64,000 nucleotides of DNA from Escherichia coli (GCF_024502345.1 NZ_JALDNN010000001.1); one strand, 5' to 3'; shown: positions 49,173-61,973, numbered from the stretch's first letter. The notes: generated by a model from the letters alone, not told the origin. Numbers and translations: made by a program.

Positions 49173-50318
49173 ATGAAAATCGTAATCGCCCCAGACTCTT
49201 ATAAAGAAAGTTTATCTGCCAGCGAGGTTGCGCAGGCGATAGAAAAAGGATTTCGGGAAATTTTTCCTGATGCACAGTACGTTTCTATTCCGGTTGCCGA
49301 CGGTGGCGAAGGAACGGTGGAAGCGATGATTGCAGCCACCCAGGGTTCTGAACGTCACGCCTGGGTTACAGGGCCGCTGGGCGAGAAAGTGAATGCCAGT
49401 TGGGGGATCTCCGGCGATGGCAAAACCGCGTTTATTGAAATGGCGGCTGCCAGTGGGCTGGAGCTGGTACCTGCGGAAAAACGCGATCCACTCGTGACCA
49501 CTTCACGCGGCACAGGCGAGTTAATCCTGCAGGCGCTGGAGAGCGGCGCGACAAACATTATTATCGGCATTGGCGGTAGCGCTACAAATGATGGCGGCGC
49601 AGGCATGGTACAGGCGCTGGGGGCGAAATTATGCGACGCCAACGGCAATGAAATTGGTTTTGGCGGCGGTAGTCTTAATACTCTGAATGATATTGATATT
49701 TCCGGCCTCGATCCGCGCTTAAAAGATTGCGTCATTCGCGTCGCTTGTGATGTCACCAATCCGCTGGTGGGCGATAACGGCGCATCGCGCATCTTTGGCC
49801 CACAAAAGGGAGCCAGTGAAGCGATGATTGTTGAGCTGGACAATAACCTCTCTCACTATGCCGATGTCATTAAAAAAGCGCTGCATGTTGATGTGAAAGA
49901 TGTCCCCGGCGCAGGAGCTGCGGGCGGTATGGGTGCGGCGCTAATGGCGTTTCTTGGTGCGGAACTGAAAAGTGGTATTGAAATCGTCACTACGGCGCTG
50001 AATCTGGAGGAACATATTCACGATTGTACGCTGGTGATCACCGGTGAAGGGCGTATTGACAGCCAGAGTATACACGGCAAGGTTCCGATTGGCGTCGCAA
50101 ACGTGGCGAAAAAGTACCATAAACCGGTGATTGGCATTGCGGGTAGCCTGACCAATGATGTTGGCGTTGTACATCAGCATGGCATTGATGCGGTCTTCAG
50201 CGTATTGACCAGTATTGGTACGTTGGACGAAGCATTCCGCGGGGCTTATGACAATATTTACCGTGCTTCACGTAATATCGCCGCGACACTGGCGATTGGA
50301 ATGCGCAACGCGGGGTGA
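49173..50318 (+). CDS. garK: glycerate 2-kinase
   Basis: ORF trimmed to MKIVIAPDSYKESL (381 aa); glycerate kinase family. Confidence 0.85.
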   Translation: MKIVIAPDSYKESLSASEVAQAIEKGFREIFPDAQYVSIPVADGGEGTVEAMIAATQGSERHAWVTGPLGEKVNASWGISGDGKTAFIEMAAASGLELVPAEKRDPLVTTSRGTGELILQALESGATNIIIGIGGSATNDGGAGMVQALGAKLCDANGNEIGFGGGSLNTLNDIDISGLDPRLKDCVIRVACDVTNPLVGDNGASRIFGPQKGASEAMIVELDNNLSHYADVIKKALHVDVKDVPGAGAAGGMGAALMAFLGAELKSGIEIVTTALNLEEHIHDCTLVITGEGRIDSQSIHGKVPIGVANVAKKYHKPVIGIAGSLTNDVGVVHQHGIDAVFSVLTSIGTLDEAFRGAYDNIYRASRNIAATLAIGMRNAG

Positions 50319-50350
50319 CAAGGGCGCGCAAACCCTCTATACTGCGCGCC

Positions 50351-50727
<377 letters not shown>

Positions 50728-50736
50728 GTTTTACGT

Positions 50737-50768
50737 AAAAACCCGCTTCGGCGGGTTTTTGCTTTTGG
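50737..50768 (+). terminator. rnpB rho-independent terminator
   Basis: aaaaacccgcttcggcgggtttttgcttttgg. Confidence 0.7.
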
Positions 50769-50778
50769 AGGGGCAGAA

Positions 50779-50891
50779 AGATGAATGACTGTCCACGACA
50801 CTATACTCAAAAGAAAGCGGCTTATTGGTCAGTTTCACCTCTTTTAACGAAAACCCGGCAGCGTAAACTGGCGGGTTTTTGCTTTTTGGAG
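50779..50891 (+). repeat. direct repeat of the rnpB 3' end plus a second terminator-like hairpin
   Basis: agatgaatgactgtccacgaca...ggtcagtttcacct...gggtttttgcttttggag repeats 50678-50770 with divergence; a third truncated start agatgaat at 50901. Confidence 0.75.
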
Positions 50892-50954
50892 CATAGTGTA
50901 AGATGAATAAATATCTACGGTATTAATAATAGACTTTGTAAGAAATTATTAAGT

Positions 50955-52142
50955 CTATATTGCATTTAAAAGGTCGTAATCATACGTATAGTCCTCTCTG
51001 GTAAAATATTGCTTCTCTGAGTTATAAGCTTCATATGTGTTATATTTTACGACCTCAAAGCAATTGTCTGGAGAATTTTCGTCTTTCTCGATTGTATTAT
51101 CTGGAAGGAATTCCTCTGAGCTAGAGTCCTCTATGTTTAAATCTGTATTGTAATTAATTTTTGGAACGATTAGATAAGCATTTTCTTTGACGCTTTCATA
51201 ATCTTTAATGATTATATCGATGTAATAATCTATTTTTTCTAATGAGAATGCTTTCATCTCTGGTAATTTAATTCTGTTCAAGTAATTGTTAATTTTCGAT
51301 GAGCTTTTATATATTTCTTTTGTTAATTCATTTTCTAATTCATCTGTTAGAGTTGCTCTTGGTATAGATTCTATAATTGCAAGTCTCATAATTTTTAATT
51401 GTTCTTCGGTAATATCTCCAAGCGCATTTAAACAACTTTTGATAAGTTTAATTTTTTCTTCAGAATACATATCGTTAATGCTTGTTATAACAGGCGTTAT
51501 TTTTAGTAAATAATCCCATGAGATTGTGGCGTTTTGTTTTGAACTAACGAAATTTACCTGAAACATGTTGGCATTAGTAAAATCTGTGTCATCCAATTTA
51601 AAAGGATTTAAAATTGTATTGGCCATATGTTTATCTGTAAAATCATAAGGTTCTAAATCGACATTCCGTAAGTCCAGAGAGGATAGATCAACTATACCTC
51701 CAGTCCCACAACTAAAGATAACGTTCAACCTCCTGATTTCATTGTAAATGTCTTTCAATGGGCAATTAACATTAATATTGCCTGTGGATATTTCCTGGTT
51801 TTTTAACGGTTCATTAATTGTAAGTTCACAGGTATTGTCTGATCGTTGAATAATTCGGGCGTTATAACCAAAAAAATCCATACGAAGAGACAAATCATTA
51901 TAAAGAATTACATTTTGTAAGTACGCTAATTCTTTTTGAAAATCACCAGTGATAACACATTTCCCACCTGGTTGTAACGCGTTAAGTAAAGTGACCATTT
52001 CAATAGAGGTCTGTTTTAGTTTTTCTATGCCTGGTGCTAGTGCTTCGAGGTTATTTCCTATGGGGCTTTCAGGAAGGTCATTCATTTTTCGACGGGCTAA
52101 ATCACTACTAATATCATTACCAATTGATGAAACAGGTGACAT
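50955..52142 (-). CDS. yhaC: uncharacterized pentapeptide-repeat-containing protein
   Basis: 395-aa ORF, strongly AT-rich; internal run of 5-residue periodicity (SSLDL RNVDL EPYDF TDKHM ANTIL NPFKL DDTDF TNANM FQVNF). Confidence 0.8.
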   Translation of the reverse strand: MSPVSSIGNDISSDLARRKMNDLPESPIGNNLEALAPGIEKLKQTSIEMVTLLNALQPGGKCVITGDFQKELAYLQNVILYNDLSLRMDFFGYNARIIQRSDNTCELTINEPLKNQEISTGNINVNCPLKDIYNEIRRLNVIFSCGTGGIVDLSSLDLRNVDLEPYDFTDKHMANTILNPFKLDDTDFTNANMFQVNFVSSKQNATISWDYLLKITPVITSINDMYSEEKIKLIKSCLNALGDITEEQLKIMRLAIIESIPRATLTDELENELTKEIYKSSSKINNYLNRIKLPEMKAFSLEKIDYYIDIIIKDYESVKENAYLIVPKINYNTDLNIEDSSSEEFLPDNTIEKDENSPDNCFEVVKYNTYEAYNSEKQYFTREDYTYDYDLLNAI

Positions 52143-52163
52143 TATTTTATCCTTTATAAATAA

Positions 52164-52655
52164 TCAATAAAAATCATTATTAAAATGATCGGGTGAAAAA
52201 AAGAGAACTTGCCAACAATCTGAAGGAATGGCGGTTTTATTAAAGTACGTAGGGGGGGGTAAGATGGCTTCTTTTCGGGTGAATTTTGCACAATACTTAG
52301 AAATCGTCTCCTTAATACATTCCAGCTCTTTTTTATTGACGGCTGAGCAAGTACATTGTTCACCAAAAGGTGCAAAAGTGCCTACATCTAATGTTTGTAT
52401 GATATAATCATCATGTTCTCCTGTAGAAATATCTATGATGAATGGACTCATATTTTCCGGTTGGATTCGGATCATGACAGAAGGAACATCGCCTTGATAG
52501 AAATTCAATGCAGTAATTGCAGATAATACTCTCCGCAGTTCATTACTTATACTGTAAATTTTATTAACGTCATTGGTGGAGACAATTTCTGCAAACTTTC
52601 TTTTTACCGTCCAATAATCAATATTTCTATTGTGATTGTTAACCACTGCGTGCAT
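52164..52655 (-). CDS. yhaB: uncharacterized protein YhaB, 5' end separated from its first ~12 codons by the IS insertion
   Basis: 163-codon ORF from an internal ATG; in-frame N-terminal extension MKGFPIAHIFHPSIPP is reconstituted only when the IS and one TSD copy are removed. Confidence 0.7.
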   Translation of the reverse strand: MHAVVNNHNRNIDYWTVKRKFAEIVSTNDVNKIYSISNELRRVLSAITALNFYQGDVPSVMIRIQPENMSPFIIDISTGEHDDYIIQTLDVGTFAPFGEQCTCSAVNKKELECIKETISKYCAKFTRKEAILPPPTYFNKTAIPSDCWQVLFFSPDHFNNDFY

Positions 52656-52670
52656 TGGCGGGATTGAAGG

Positions 52671-53727
52671 GGCTTTGTTGAATAAATCAGATTTCGGGTA
52701 AGTCTCCCCCGTAGCGGGTTGTGTTTTCAGGCAATACGCACGCTTTCAGGCATACCTGCTTTCGTCATTTTGTTCAGCGCTCGTACCAGGGCCATAGCCT
52801 CTGCAACCTGACCATCGTAGTCACGCAGTGTCAGTGAACCCCCGAACAGCTGTTTTACCCGGTACATCGCCGTTTCCGCTATCGAGCGACGGTTGTAATC
52901 TGTTGTCCATTTCCACCGCGCATTACTCCCGGTCATTCGCTGATTAGCCACTGCACGGTTACGGTCTGCATATTCACCGGGCCAGTAACCCGCACCTTTT
53001 CGGGGAGGGATAAGCGCGCTGATTTTCTTACGCCGCAGTTCATCGTGACATAGCCGGGTATCGTAAGCGCCATCGGCGGCGGCTGACCTGATTTTCCGGT
53101 GGGTTTGCCGGATTAACCCGGGGAAGGCCTCTGAGTCCGTAACGTTGTTCAGCGACAGGTCAGCGCAGATGATTTCATGTGTTTTACTGTCAACGGCGAG
53201 ATGCAGCTTACGCCAGATACGGCGGCGTTCCTGGCCATGCTTTTTGACTTTCCACTCGCCTTCACCGAAGACCTTCAGCCCGGTGGAATCAATTACCAGG
53301 TGTGCGATTTCACCCCGGGTGGGCGTTTTGAAACTGACATTAACCGACTTTGCCCGCCTGCTGACACAGCTGTAATCCGGGCAGCGTAGCGGAACGTTCA
53401 TCAGAGAAAAAATGGAATCAATAAAGCCCTGCGCAGCGCGCAGGGTCAGCCTGAATACGCGTTTAATGACCAGCACAGTCGTGATGGCAAGGTCAGAATA
53501 GCGCTGAGGTCTGCCTCGTGAAGAAGGTGTTGCTGACTCATACCAGGCCTGAATAGCTTCATCATCCAGCCAGAAAGTTATGGAGCCACGGTTGATGAGG
53601 GCTTTATTGTAGGTGGGCCAGTTGGTGATTTTGAACTTTTGCTTTGCCACGGAACGGTCTGCGTTGTCGGGAAGATACGTGATCTGATCCTTCAACTCAG
53701 CAAAAGTTCGATTTATTCAACAAAGCC
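52671..53727 (-). mobile_element. IS903-family (IS5 family, IS903/IS102 group) insertion sequence, 1057 bp, apparently intact
   Basis: 18-bp terminal inverted repeats GGCTTTGTTGAATAAATC at 52671-52688 and 53710-53727; single transposase ORF; flanked by 9-bp direct repeat GATTGAAGG (52662-52670 and 53728-53736). Confidence 0.9.
52727..53650 (-). CDS. IS903-type DDE transposase
   Basis: ORF ...KQKFKITNWPTYNKALINRGSITFWLDD...LVIDSTGLKVFGEGEW...ADGAYD...MPESVRIA; likely GTG start giving 307 aa (track shows 322-aa TTG-initiated frame to 53695). Confidence 0.85.
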   Translation of the reverse strand: MAKQKFKITNWPTYNKALINRGSITFWLDDEAIQAWYESATPSSRGRPQRYSDLAITTVLVIKRVFRLTLRAAQGFIDSIFSLMNVPLRCPDYSCVSRRAKSVNVSFKTPTRGEIAHLVIDSTGLKVFGEGEWKVKKHGQERRRIWRKLHLAVDSKTHEIICADLSLNNVTDSEAFPGLIRQTHRKIRSAAADGAYDTRLCHDELRRKKISALIPPRKGAGYWPGEYADRNRAVANQRMTGSNARWKWTTDYNRRSIAETAMYRVKQLFGGSLTLRDYDGQVAEAMALVRALNKMTKAGMPESVRIA

Positions 53728-54024
53728 GATTGAAGGGTGAAAAATATGTGCAATTGGGAAGCCTTTCATTGATGCCTGCCTTGTCGTCATGACAAACAAT
53801 AATAGATGCTTATTTTCCTCGCACGACACTTACGCACTATCAAAAAACGCTCATTTACCCGGCGTTACAGTAAACGAAGCAACATTCTGTGTCCTACGCT
53901 GATGTAAAGCACAGTGAAAATCCCCCTTGTTGACTTCGTCTGACCTTATCGCGGCGACCAGCAATTATTCGTTTTGTGATCCTCAACACAAAATGCTATT
54001 CGTCGCCTATGAGGGGAGAAGAAT

Positions 54025-54369
54025 TTATGGAAAACGATTGCATTCACAAAATGACGTCCTGTCAGAAGAGAAAAAGTTGACGTTAATCAATTGTTCGAGA
54101 TGATCAATACCTGTATTCGAAATTTTAAAATATTGATAAAATAAATGTTTGTTCTCCAACAAATAGCGTGAAAAAATGTGACGTGCCGCAGTATTTATCG
54201 CTGAAAATGGTTTATTTATAATAAAATTTGAGAACTTGCTCATTAAATTTAACTCAAATTTTGCCTGGTAATTATCCGGTAATTGCTTGAAATATGGTCT
54301 CAGCCCCTTTTTTGTATTAACCACATAACTAATGATGTTATCGCCATAAAATATGGTTATCCCCGTCAT
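54025..54369 (-). CDS. tdcR: threonine dehydratase operon activator TdcR (longest ORF; true start may be internal)
   Basis: AT-rich 114-codon ORF divergent from tdcA; position matches tdcR. Confidence 0.65.
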   Translation of the reverse strand: MTGITIFYGDNIISYVVNTKKGLRPYFKQLPDNYQAKFELNLMSKFSNFIINKPFSAINTAARHIFSRYLLENKHLFYQYFKISNTGIDHLEQLINVNFFSSDRTSFCECNRFP

Positions 54370-54478
54370 TTTTTTTGATAAAAATCAGGGTTTATGCTGA
54401 TTTTTATACTTTAACTTGTTGATATTTAAAGGTATTTAATTGTAATAACGATACCCTGGAAAGTAATGAAAGTTAATT

Positions 54479-54494
54479 TGTGAGTGGTCGCACA
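54479..54494. promoter_or_regulatory. CRP-binding site in tdc promoter (TGTGAgtggtcGCACA)
   Basis: Close match to CRP consensus TGTGA-N6-TCACA about 65-80 bp upstream of tdcA start. Confidence 0.6.
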
Positions 54495-54557
54495 TATCCT
54501 GTTCATTTCATTTTGATACACTTCATGCCGTCAATGAGGTAATTAACGTAGGTCGTT

Positions 54558-55496
54558 ATGAGCACTATTCTTCTTCCGAAAACGCAGCACCTGGTAGTCT
54601 TTCAGGAAGTCATTAGAAGTGGCTCTATCGGCTCGGCTGCAAAAGAATTAGGGTTAACTCAACCGGCCGTCAGTAAAATCATTAACGATATTGAAGATTA
54701 TTTTGGTGTGGAATTAGTGGTGCGGAAAAATACCGGTGTAACATTAACACCTGCCGGTCAATTGTTACTCTCCCGTTCCGAATCCATTACTCGTGAAATG
54801 AAAAATATGGTTAATGAGATAAGCGGTATGTCTTCTGAGGCGGTGGTGGAAGTCTCATTTGGTTTTCCTTCATTGATTGGTTTTACTTTTATGTCAGGGA
54901 TGATCAACAAGTTCAAAGAGGTGTTCCCGAAAGCGCAGGTTTCTATGTATGAAGCGCAACTGTCTTCGTTCTTACCGGCAATCCGCGACGGTCGACTGGA
55001 TTTTGCGATTGGTACGTTAAGTGCAGAAATGAAGCTTCAGGATTTACATGTTGAGCCGCTGTTCGAGTCCGAGTTTGTGCTGGTAGCCAGTAAGTCCCGA
55101 ACATGCACCGGCACCACCACGCTGGAGTCGTTGAAGAACGAACAGTGGGTGTTGCCACAAACCAATATGGGGTACTACAGCGAGCTTCTTACTACGTTAC
55201 AAAGAAATGGCATCAGTATTGAAAACATCGTTAAAACCGACTCAGTCGTGACAATTTATAATCTTGTTCTCAATGCTGATTTCTTAACTGTAATTCCTTG
55301 TGATATGACGTCACCTTTTGGTTCAAATCAATTTATTACTATTCCGGTTGAAGAAACATTACCTGTGGCACAATATGCCGCGGTATGGTCGAAAAATTAT
55401 CGTATTAAAAAAGCAGCATCGGTTTTGGTGGAATTAGCCAAAGAGTATTCATCTTATAATGGGTGTAGACGAAGGCAATTAATAGAAGTTGGTTAG
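54558..55496 (+). CDS. tdcA: LysR-family transcriptional activator of tdc operon
   Basis: 312-aa ORF with N-terminal HTH; recognised as TdcA. Confidence 0.9.
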   Translation: MSTILLPKTQHLVVFQEVIRSGSIGSAAKELGLTQPAVSKIINDIEDYFGVELVVRKNTGVTLTPAGQLLLSRSESITREMKNMVNEISGMSSEAVVEVSFGFPSLIGFTFMSGMINKFKEVFPKAQVSMYEAQLSSFLPAIRDGRLDFAIGTLSAEMKLQDLHVEPLFESEFVLVASKSRTCTGTTTLESLKNEQWVLPQTNMGYYSELLTTLQRNGISIENIVKTDSVVTIYNLVLNADFLTVIPCDMTSPFGSNQFITIPVEETLPVAQYAAVWSKNYRIKKAASVLVELAKEYSSYNGCRRRQLIEVG

Positions 55497-55594
55497 TTAT
55501 TTGTTTTTATTTAAACATAAATAATCCACCTGTCTGTTTTGCAGGTGTCGGTTACGGTTACCTACATATTTAATTCAGGCGAAGAGGTTTTATA

Positions 55595-56584
55595 ATGCAT
55601 ATTACATACGATCTGCCGGTTGCTATTGATGACATTATTGAAGCGAAACAACGACTGGCTGGGCGAATTTATAAAACAGGCATGCCTCGCTCAAACTATT
55701 TTAGTGAACGTTGCAAAGGTGAAATATTCCTGAAGTTTGAAAATATGCAGCGTACGGGTTCATTTAAAATTCGTGGCGCATTTAATAAATTAAGTTCACT
55801 GACTGATGCGGAAAAACGTAAAGGTGTAGTGGCCTGTTCTGCGGGCAACCATGCGCAAGGGGTTTCGCTCTCCTGCGCGATGCTGGGTATCGACGGTAAA
55901 GTGGTGATGCCAAAAGGTGCGCCAAAATCCAAAGTAGCGGCAACGTGCGACTACTCCGCAGAAGTCGTTCTGCATGGTGATAATTTCAACGACACTATCG
56001 CTAAAGTGAGCGAAATTGTCGAAATGGAAGGCCGTATTTTTATCCCACCTTACGATGATCCGAAAGTGATTGCTGGCCAGGGAACGATTGGTCTGGAAAT
56101 TATGGAAGATCTCTATGATGTCGATAACGTGATTGTGCCAATTGGTGGTGGCGGTTTAATTGCTGGTATTGCGGTGGCAATTAAATCTATTAACCCGACC
56201 ATTCGTGTTATTGGCGTACAGTCTGAAAACGTTCACGGCATGGCGGCTTCTTTCCACTCCGGAGAAATAACCACGCACCGAACTACCGGCACCCTGGCGG
56301 ATGGTTGTGATGTCTCCCGCCCGGGTAATTTAACTTACGAAATCGTTCGTGAATTAGTCGATGACATCGTGCTGGTCAGCGAAGACGAAATCAGAAACAG
56401 TATGATTGCCTTAATTCAGCGCAATAAAGTCGTCACCGAAGGCGCAGGCGCTCTGGCATGTGCTGCATTATTAAGCGGTAAATTAGACCAATATATTCAA
56501 AACAGAAAAACCGTCAGTATTATTTCCGGCGGCAATATCGATCTTTCTCGCGTCTCTCAAATCACCGGTTTCGTTGACGCTTAA
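55595..56584 (+). CDS. tdcB: catabolic threonine dehydratase (PLP-dependent)
   Basis: 329-aa ORF with PLP-lysine motif SFKIRGA. Confidence 0.95.
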
Positions 56585-56602
56585 TTAATTCGTTGAGGAT
56601 AG

Positions 56603-57937
<1,335 letters not shown>

Positions 57938-57962
57938 TCCGTAACTCAGGATGAGAAAAGAG

Positions 57963-59171
57963 ATGAATGAATTTCCGGTTGTTTTGGTTATTAACTGTGG
58001 TTCGTCTTCGATTAAGTTTTCCGTGCTCGATGCCAGCGACTGTGAAGTATTAATGTCAGGTATTGCCGACGGTATTAACTCGGAAAATTCATTCTTATCC
58101 GTAAATGGGGGAGAGCCAGCACCGCTGGCTCACCACAGCTACGAAGGTGCATTGAAGGCAATTGCATTTGAACTGGAAAAACGGAATTTAAATGACAGTG
58201 TGGCCTTAATTGGCCACCGCATCGCTCACGGCGGCAGTATTTTTACCGAGTCCGCCATTATTACCGATGAAGTCATTGATAATATCCGTCGCGTTTCTCC
58301 ACTGGCACCCCTGCATAATTACGCCAATTTAAGTGGTATTGAATCGGCGCAGCAATTATTTCCGGGCGTAACTCAGGTGGCGGTATTTGATACCAGTTTC
58401 CACCAGACGATGGCTCCGGAAGCTTATTTATACGGCCTGCCGTGGAAATATTATGAAGAGTTAGGTGTACGCCGTTATGGTTTCCACGGCACGTCGCACC
58501 GCTATGTTTCCCAGCGCGCACATTCGCTGCTGAATCTGGCGGAAGATGACTCCGGCCTGGTTGTGGCGCATCTTGGCAATGGCGCGTCAATCTGCGCGGT
58601 TCGCAACGGTCAGAGTGTTGATACTTCAATGGGAATGACGCCGCTGGAAGGCTTGATGATGGGTACCCGCAGTGGCGATGTCGACTTTGGTGCGATGTCC
58701 TGGGTCGCCAGCCAAACCAACCAGAGCCTGGGTGACCTGGAACGCGTAGTGAATAAAGAGTCGGGATTATTAGGTATTTCCGGTCTTTCTTCGGATTTAC
58801 GTGTTCTGGAAAAAGCCTGGCATGAAGGTCACGAACGCGCGCAACTGGCAATTAAAACCTTTGTTCACCGAATTGCCCGTCATATTGCCGGACACGTAGC
58901 TTCATTACGTCGCCTGGATGGAATTATATTCACCGGCGGAATAGGAGAGAATTCAAGCTTAATTCGTCGTCTGGTCATGGAACATTTGGCTGTATTAGGC
59001 GTAGAGATTGATACAGAAATGAATAATCGCTCTAACTCCTGTGGTGAGCGAATTGTTTCCAGTGAAAATGCGCGTGTCATTTGTGCCGTTATTCCGACTA
59101 ACGAAGAAAAAATGATTGCTTTGGATGCCATTCATTTAGGCAAAGTTAACGCGCCCGCAGAATTTGCATAA
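57963..59171 (+). CDS. tdcD: propionate kinase
   Basis: Acetate/propionate kinase family; start at [19 protein letters not shown] (402 aa). Confidence 0.9.
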   Translation: MNEFPVVLVINCGSSSIKFSVLDASDCEVLMSGIADGINSENSFLSVNGGEPAPLAHHSYEGALKAIAFELEKRNLNDSVALIGHRIAHGGSIFTESAIITDEVIDNIRRVSPLAPLHNYANLSGIESAQQLFPGVTQVAVFDTSFHQTMAPEAYLYGLPWKYYEELGVRRYGFHGTSHRYVSQRAHSLLNLAEDDSGLVVAHLGNGASICAVRNGQSVDTSMGMTPLEGLMMGTRSGDVDFGAMSWVASQTNQSLGDLERVVNKESGLLGISGLSSDLRVLEKAWHEGHERAQLAIKTFVHRIARHIAGHVASLRRLDGIIFTGGIGENSSLIRRLVMEHLAVLGVEIDTEMNNRSNSCGERIVSSENARVICAVIPTNEEKMIALDAIHLGKVNAPAEFA

Positions 59172-59204
59172 TTTAGTTGAAGTATTGTAGAGAGATTATT
59201 TTTC

Positions 59205-61499
59205 ATGAAGGTAGATATTGATACCAGCGATAAGCTGTACGCCGACGCATGGCTTGGCTTTAAAGGTACGGACTGGAAAAACGAAATTAATGTCCGCGAT
59301 TTTATTCAACATAACTATACACCGTATGAAGGCGATGAATCTTTCCTCGCCGAAGCGACGCCTGCCACCACGGAATTGTGGGAAAAAGTAATGGAAGGCA
59401 TCCGTATCGAAAATGCAACCCACGCGCCGGTTGATTTCGATACCAATATTGCCACCACAATTACCGCTCATGATGCGGGATATATTAACCAGCCGCTGGA
59501 AAAAATTGTTGGCCTGCAAACGGATGCGCCGTTGAAACGTGCGCTACACCCGTTCGGTGGCATTAATATGATTAAAAGTTCATTCCACGCCTATGGCCGA
59601 GAAATGGACAGTGAATTTGAATATCTGTTTACCGATCTGCGTAAAACCCATAACCAGGGCGTATTTGATGTTTACTCACCGGATATGCTGCGCTGCCGTA
59701 AATCTGGCGTGCTGACCGGTTTACCAGATGGCTATGGCCGTGGGCGCATTATCGGTGACTATCGCCGCGTAGCGCTGTATGGCATCAGTTATCTGGTACG
59801 TGAACGCGAACTGCAATTTGCCGATCTCCAGTCTCGTCTGGAAAAAGGCGAGGATCTGGAAGCCACCATCCGTCTGCGTGAGGAGCTGGCAGAGCATCGT
59901 CATGCGCTGTTGCAGATTCAGGAAATGGCGGCGAAATATGGCTTTGATATCTCTCGCCCGGCGCAGAATGCGCAGGAAGCGGTGCAGTGGCTCTACTTCG
60001 CTTATCTGGCGGCAGTGAAATCGCAAAATGGCGGCGCGATGTCGCTGGGCCGCACGGCATCGTTCCTCGATATCTACATTGAGCGCGACTTTAAAGCTGG
60101 CGTACTCAATGAGCAGCAGGCACAGGAACTGATCGATCACTTCATCATGAAGATCCGTATGGTACGCTTCCTGCGTACACCGGAATTTGATTCGCTGTTC
60201 TCCGGCGACCCAATCTGGGCGACGGAAGTGATCGGCGGGATGGGGCTGGACGGTCGTACGCTGGTGACCAAAAACTCCTTCCGCTATTTGCACACCCTGC
60301 ACACTATGGGGCCGGCACCGGAACCTAACCTGACCATTCTTTGGTCGGAAGAATTACCGATTGCCTTCAAAAAATATGCCGCGCAGGTGTCGATCGTCAC
60401 CTCTTCCTTGCAGTATGAAAATGACGATCTGATGCGTACTGACTTCAACAGCGACGATTACGCGATTGCCTGCTGCGTCAGCCCAATGGTGATTGGTAAG
60501 CAAATGCAGTTCTTTGGTGCACGCGCTAACCTGGCGAAAACGCTGCTCTACGCAATTAACGGCGGGGTGGACGAGAAGCTGAAGATTCAGGTCGGGCCGA
60601 AAACAGCACCGCTGATGGACGACGTGCTGGATTACGACAAAGTGATGGACAGCCTCGATCACTTCATGGACTGGCTGGCGGTGCAGTACATCAGCGCGCT
60701 GAATATCATTCACTACATGCACGACAAGTACAGCTACGAAGCTTCGCTGATGGCGCTGCACGATCGTGATGTCTATCGCACTATGGCATGCGGCATCGCG
60801 GGCCTGTCGGTGGCGACGGACTCCCTGTCTGCCATCAAATATGCCCGCGTGAAACCAATCCGTGACGAAAACGGCCTGGCGGTGGACTTTGAAATCGACG
60901 GTGAATATCCGCAGTACGGCAACAACGACGAGCGCGTAGACAGCATTGCCTGCGACCTGGTTGAACGCTTTATGAAGAAAATTAAAGCGCTGCCAACCTA
61001 TCGCAACGCCGTCCCTACCCAGTCGATTCTGACTATCACTTCTAACGTGGTGTACGGCCAGAAAACCGGTAATACGCCGGACGGTCGTCGCGCCGGAACA
61101 CCGTTCGCGCCGGGCGCTAACCCGATGCATGGTCGTGACCGCAAAGGTGCCGTGGCCTCATTGACGTCGGTGGCGAAACTGCCGTTCACCTACGCCAAAG
61201 ATGGGATCTCGTACACCTTCTCAATCGTTCCTGCGGCGCTGGGCAAAGAAGATCCAGTACGTAAAACCAACCTTGTCGGCCTGCTGGATGGGTATTTCCA
61301 CCACGAAGCGGATGTCGAAGGCGGTCAACACCTCAACGTCAACGTAATGAATCGGGAAATGCTGCTGGATGCCATCGAGCACCCGGAAAAATATCCTAAC
61401 CTGACAATCCGTGTCTCTGGCTACGCCGTGCGCTTCAACGCACTGACCCGTGAACAGCAACAGGATGTTATTTCACGTACTTTTACCCAGGCGCTCTGA
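59205..61499 (+). CDS. tdcE: 2-ketobutyrate formate-lyase / pyruvate formate-lyase 4 (glycyl radical enzyme)
   Basis: 764-aa ORF with C-terminal glycyl-radical motif (RVSGYAVRF). Confidence 0.95.
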   Translation: MKVDIDTSDKLYADAWLGFKGTDWKNEINVRDFIQHNYTPYEGDESFLAEATPATTELWEKVMEGIRIENATHAPVDFDTNIATTITAHDAGYINQPLEKIVGLQTDAPLKRALHPFGGINMIKSSFHAYGREMDSEFEYLFTDLRKTHNQGVFDVYSPDMLRCRKSGVLTGLPDGYGRGRIIGDYRRVALYGISYLVRERELQFADLQSRLEKGEDLEATIRLREELAEHRHALLQIQEMAAKYGFDISRPAQNAQEAVQWLYFAYLAAVKSQNGGAMSLGRTASFLDIYIERDFKAGVLNEQQAQELIDHFIMKIRMVRFLRTPEFDSLFSGDPIWATEVIGGMGLDGRTLVTKNSFRYLHTLHTMGPAPEPNLTILWSEELPIAFKKYAAQVSIVTSSLQYENDDLMRTDFNSDDYAIACCVSPMVIGKQMQFFGARANLAKTLLYAINGGVDEKLKIQVGPKTAPLMDDVLDYDKVMDSLDHFMDWLAVQYISALNIIHYMHDKYSYEASLMALHDRDVYRTMACGIAGLSVATDSLSAIKYARVKPIRDENGLAVDFEIDGEYPQYGNNDERVDSIACDLVERFMKKIKALPTYRNAVPTQSILTITSNVVYGQKTGNTPDGRRAGTPFAPGANPMHGRDRKGAVASLTSVAKLPFTYAKDGISYTFSIVPAALGKEDPVRKTNLVGLLDGYFHHEADVEGGQHLNVNVMNREMLLDAIEHPEKYPNLTIRVSGYAVRFNALTREQQQDVISRTFTQAL

Positions 61500-61512
61500 C
61501 GCCGGAGGATGT

Positions 61513-61902
61513 ATGAAAAAGATTATCGAAACGCAACGTGCCCCAGGCGCAATCGGCCCTTATGTTCAGGGCGTTGATTTAGGCAGCATGGTCTTCACCT
61601 CCGGGCAAATTCCGGTTTGCCCGCAGACCGGTGAGATCCCGGCTGATGTGCAAGATCAGGCGCGTTTAAGCCTCGAAAACGTCAAAGCGATCGTGGTTGC
61701 TGCCGGGCTGAGCGTGGGCGATATCATCAAGATGACCGTGTTCATCACCGATCTGAATGATTTTGCCACCATCAATGAAGTCTATAAGCAGTTCTTCGAT
61801 GAGCATCAGGCGACCTACCCGACCCGGAGCTGTGTGCAGGTTGCGCGTTTGCCGAAAGATGTGAAGCTGGAAATTGAAGCTATCGCAGTACGTAGTGCGT
61901 AA
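61513..61902 (+). CDS. tdcF: RidA/YjgF-family enamine/imine deaminase
   Basis: Start at MKKIIETQRAPGAIGPY (129 aa). Confidence 0.9.
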   Translation: MKKIIETQRAPGAIGPYVQGVDLGSMVFTSGQIPVCPQTGEIPADVQDQARLSLENVKAIVVAAGLSVGDIIKMTVFITDLNDFATINEVYKQFFDEHQATYPTRSCVQVARLPKDVKLEIEAIAVRSA

Positions 61903-61973
61903 AGCCTCGTGAGCGGGACGGTCGCAAGGTCGTTCCGCTCCACTTCACTGAACGGCAATCCGAGGGTGTGGAT

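Noticed and set aside
53737-54024. Possible second IS end or cargo gene between the IS903-like element and tdcR
   Set aside because: No further inverted repeat matching the IS ends and no ORF; the target duplication directly abuts the element, so the insertion is a simple IS, not a composite transposon.
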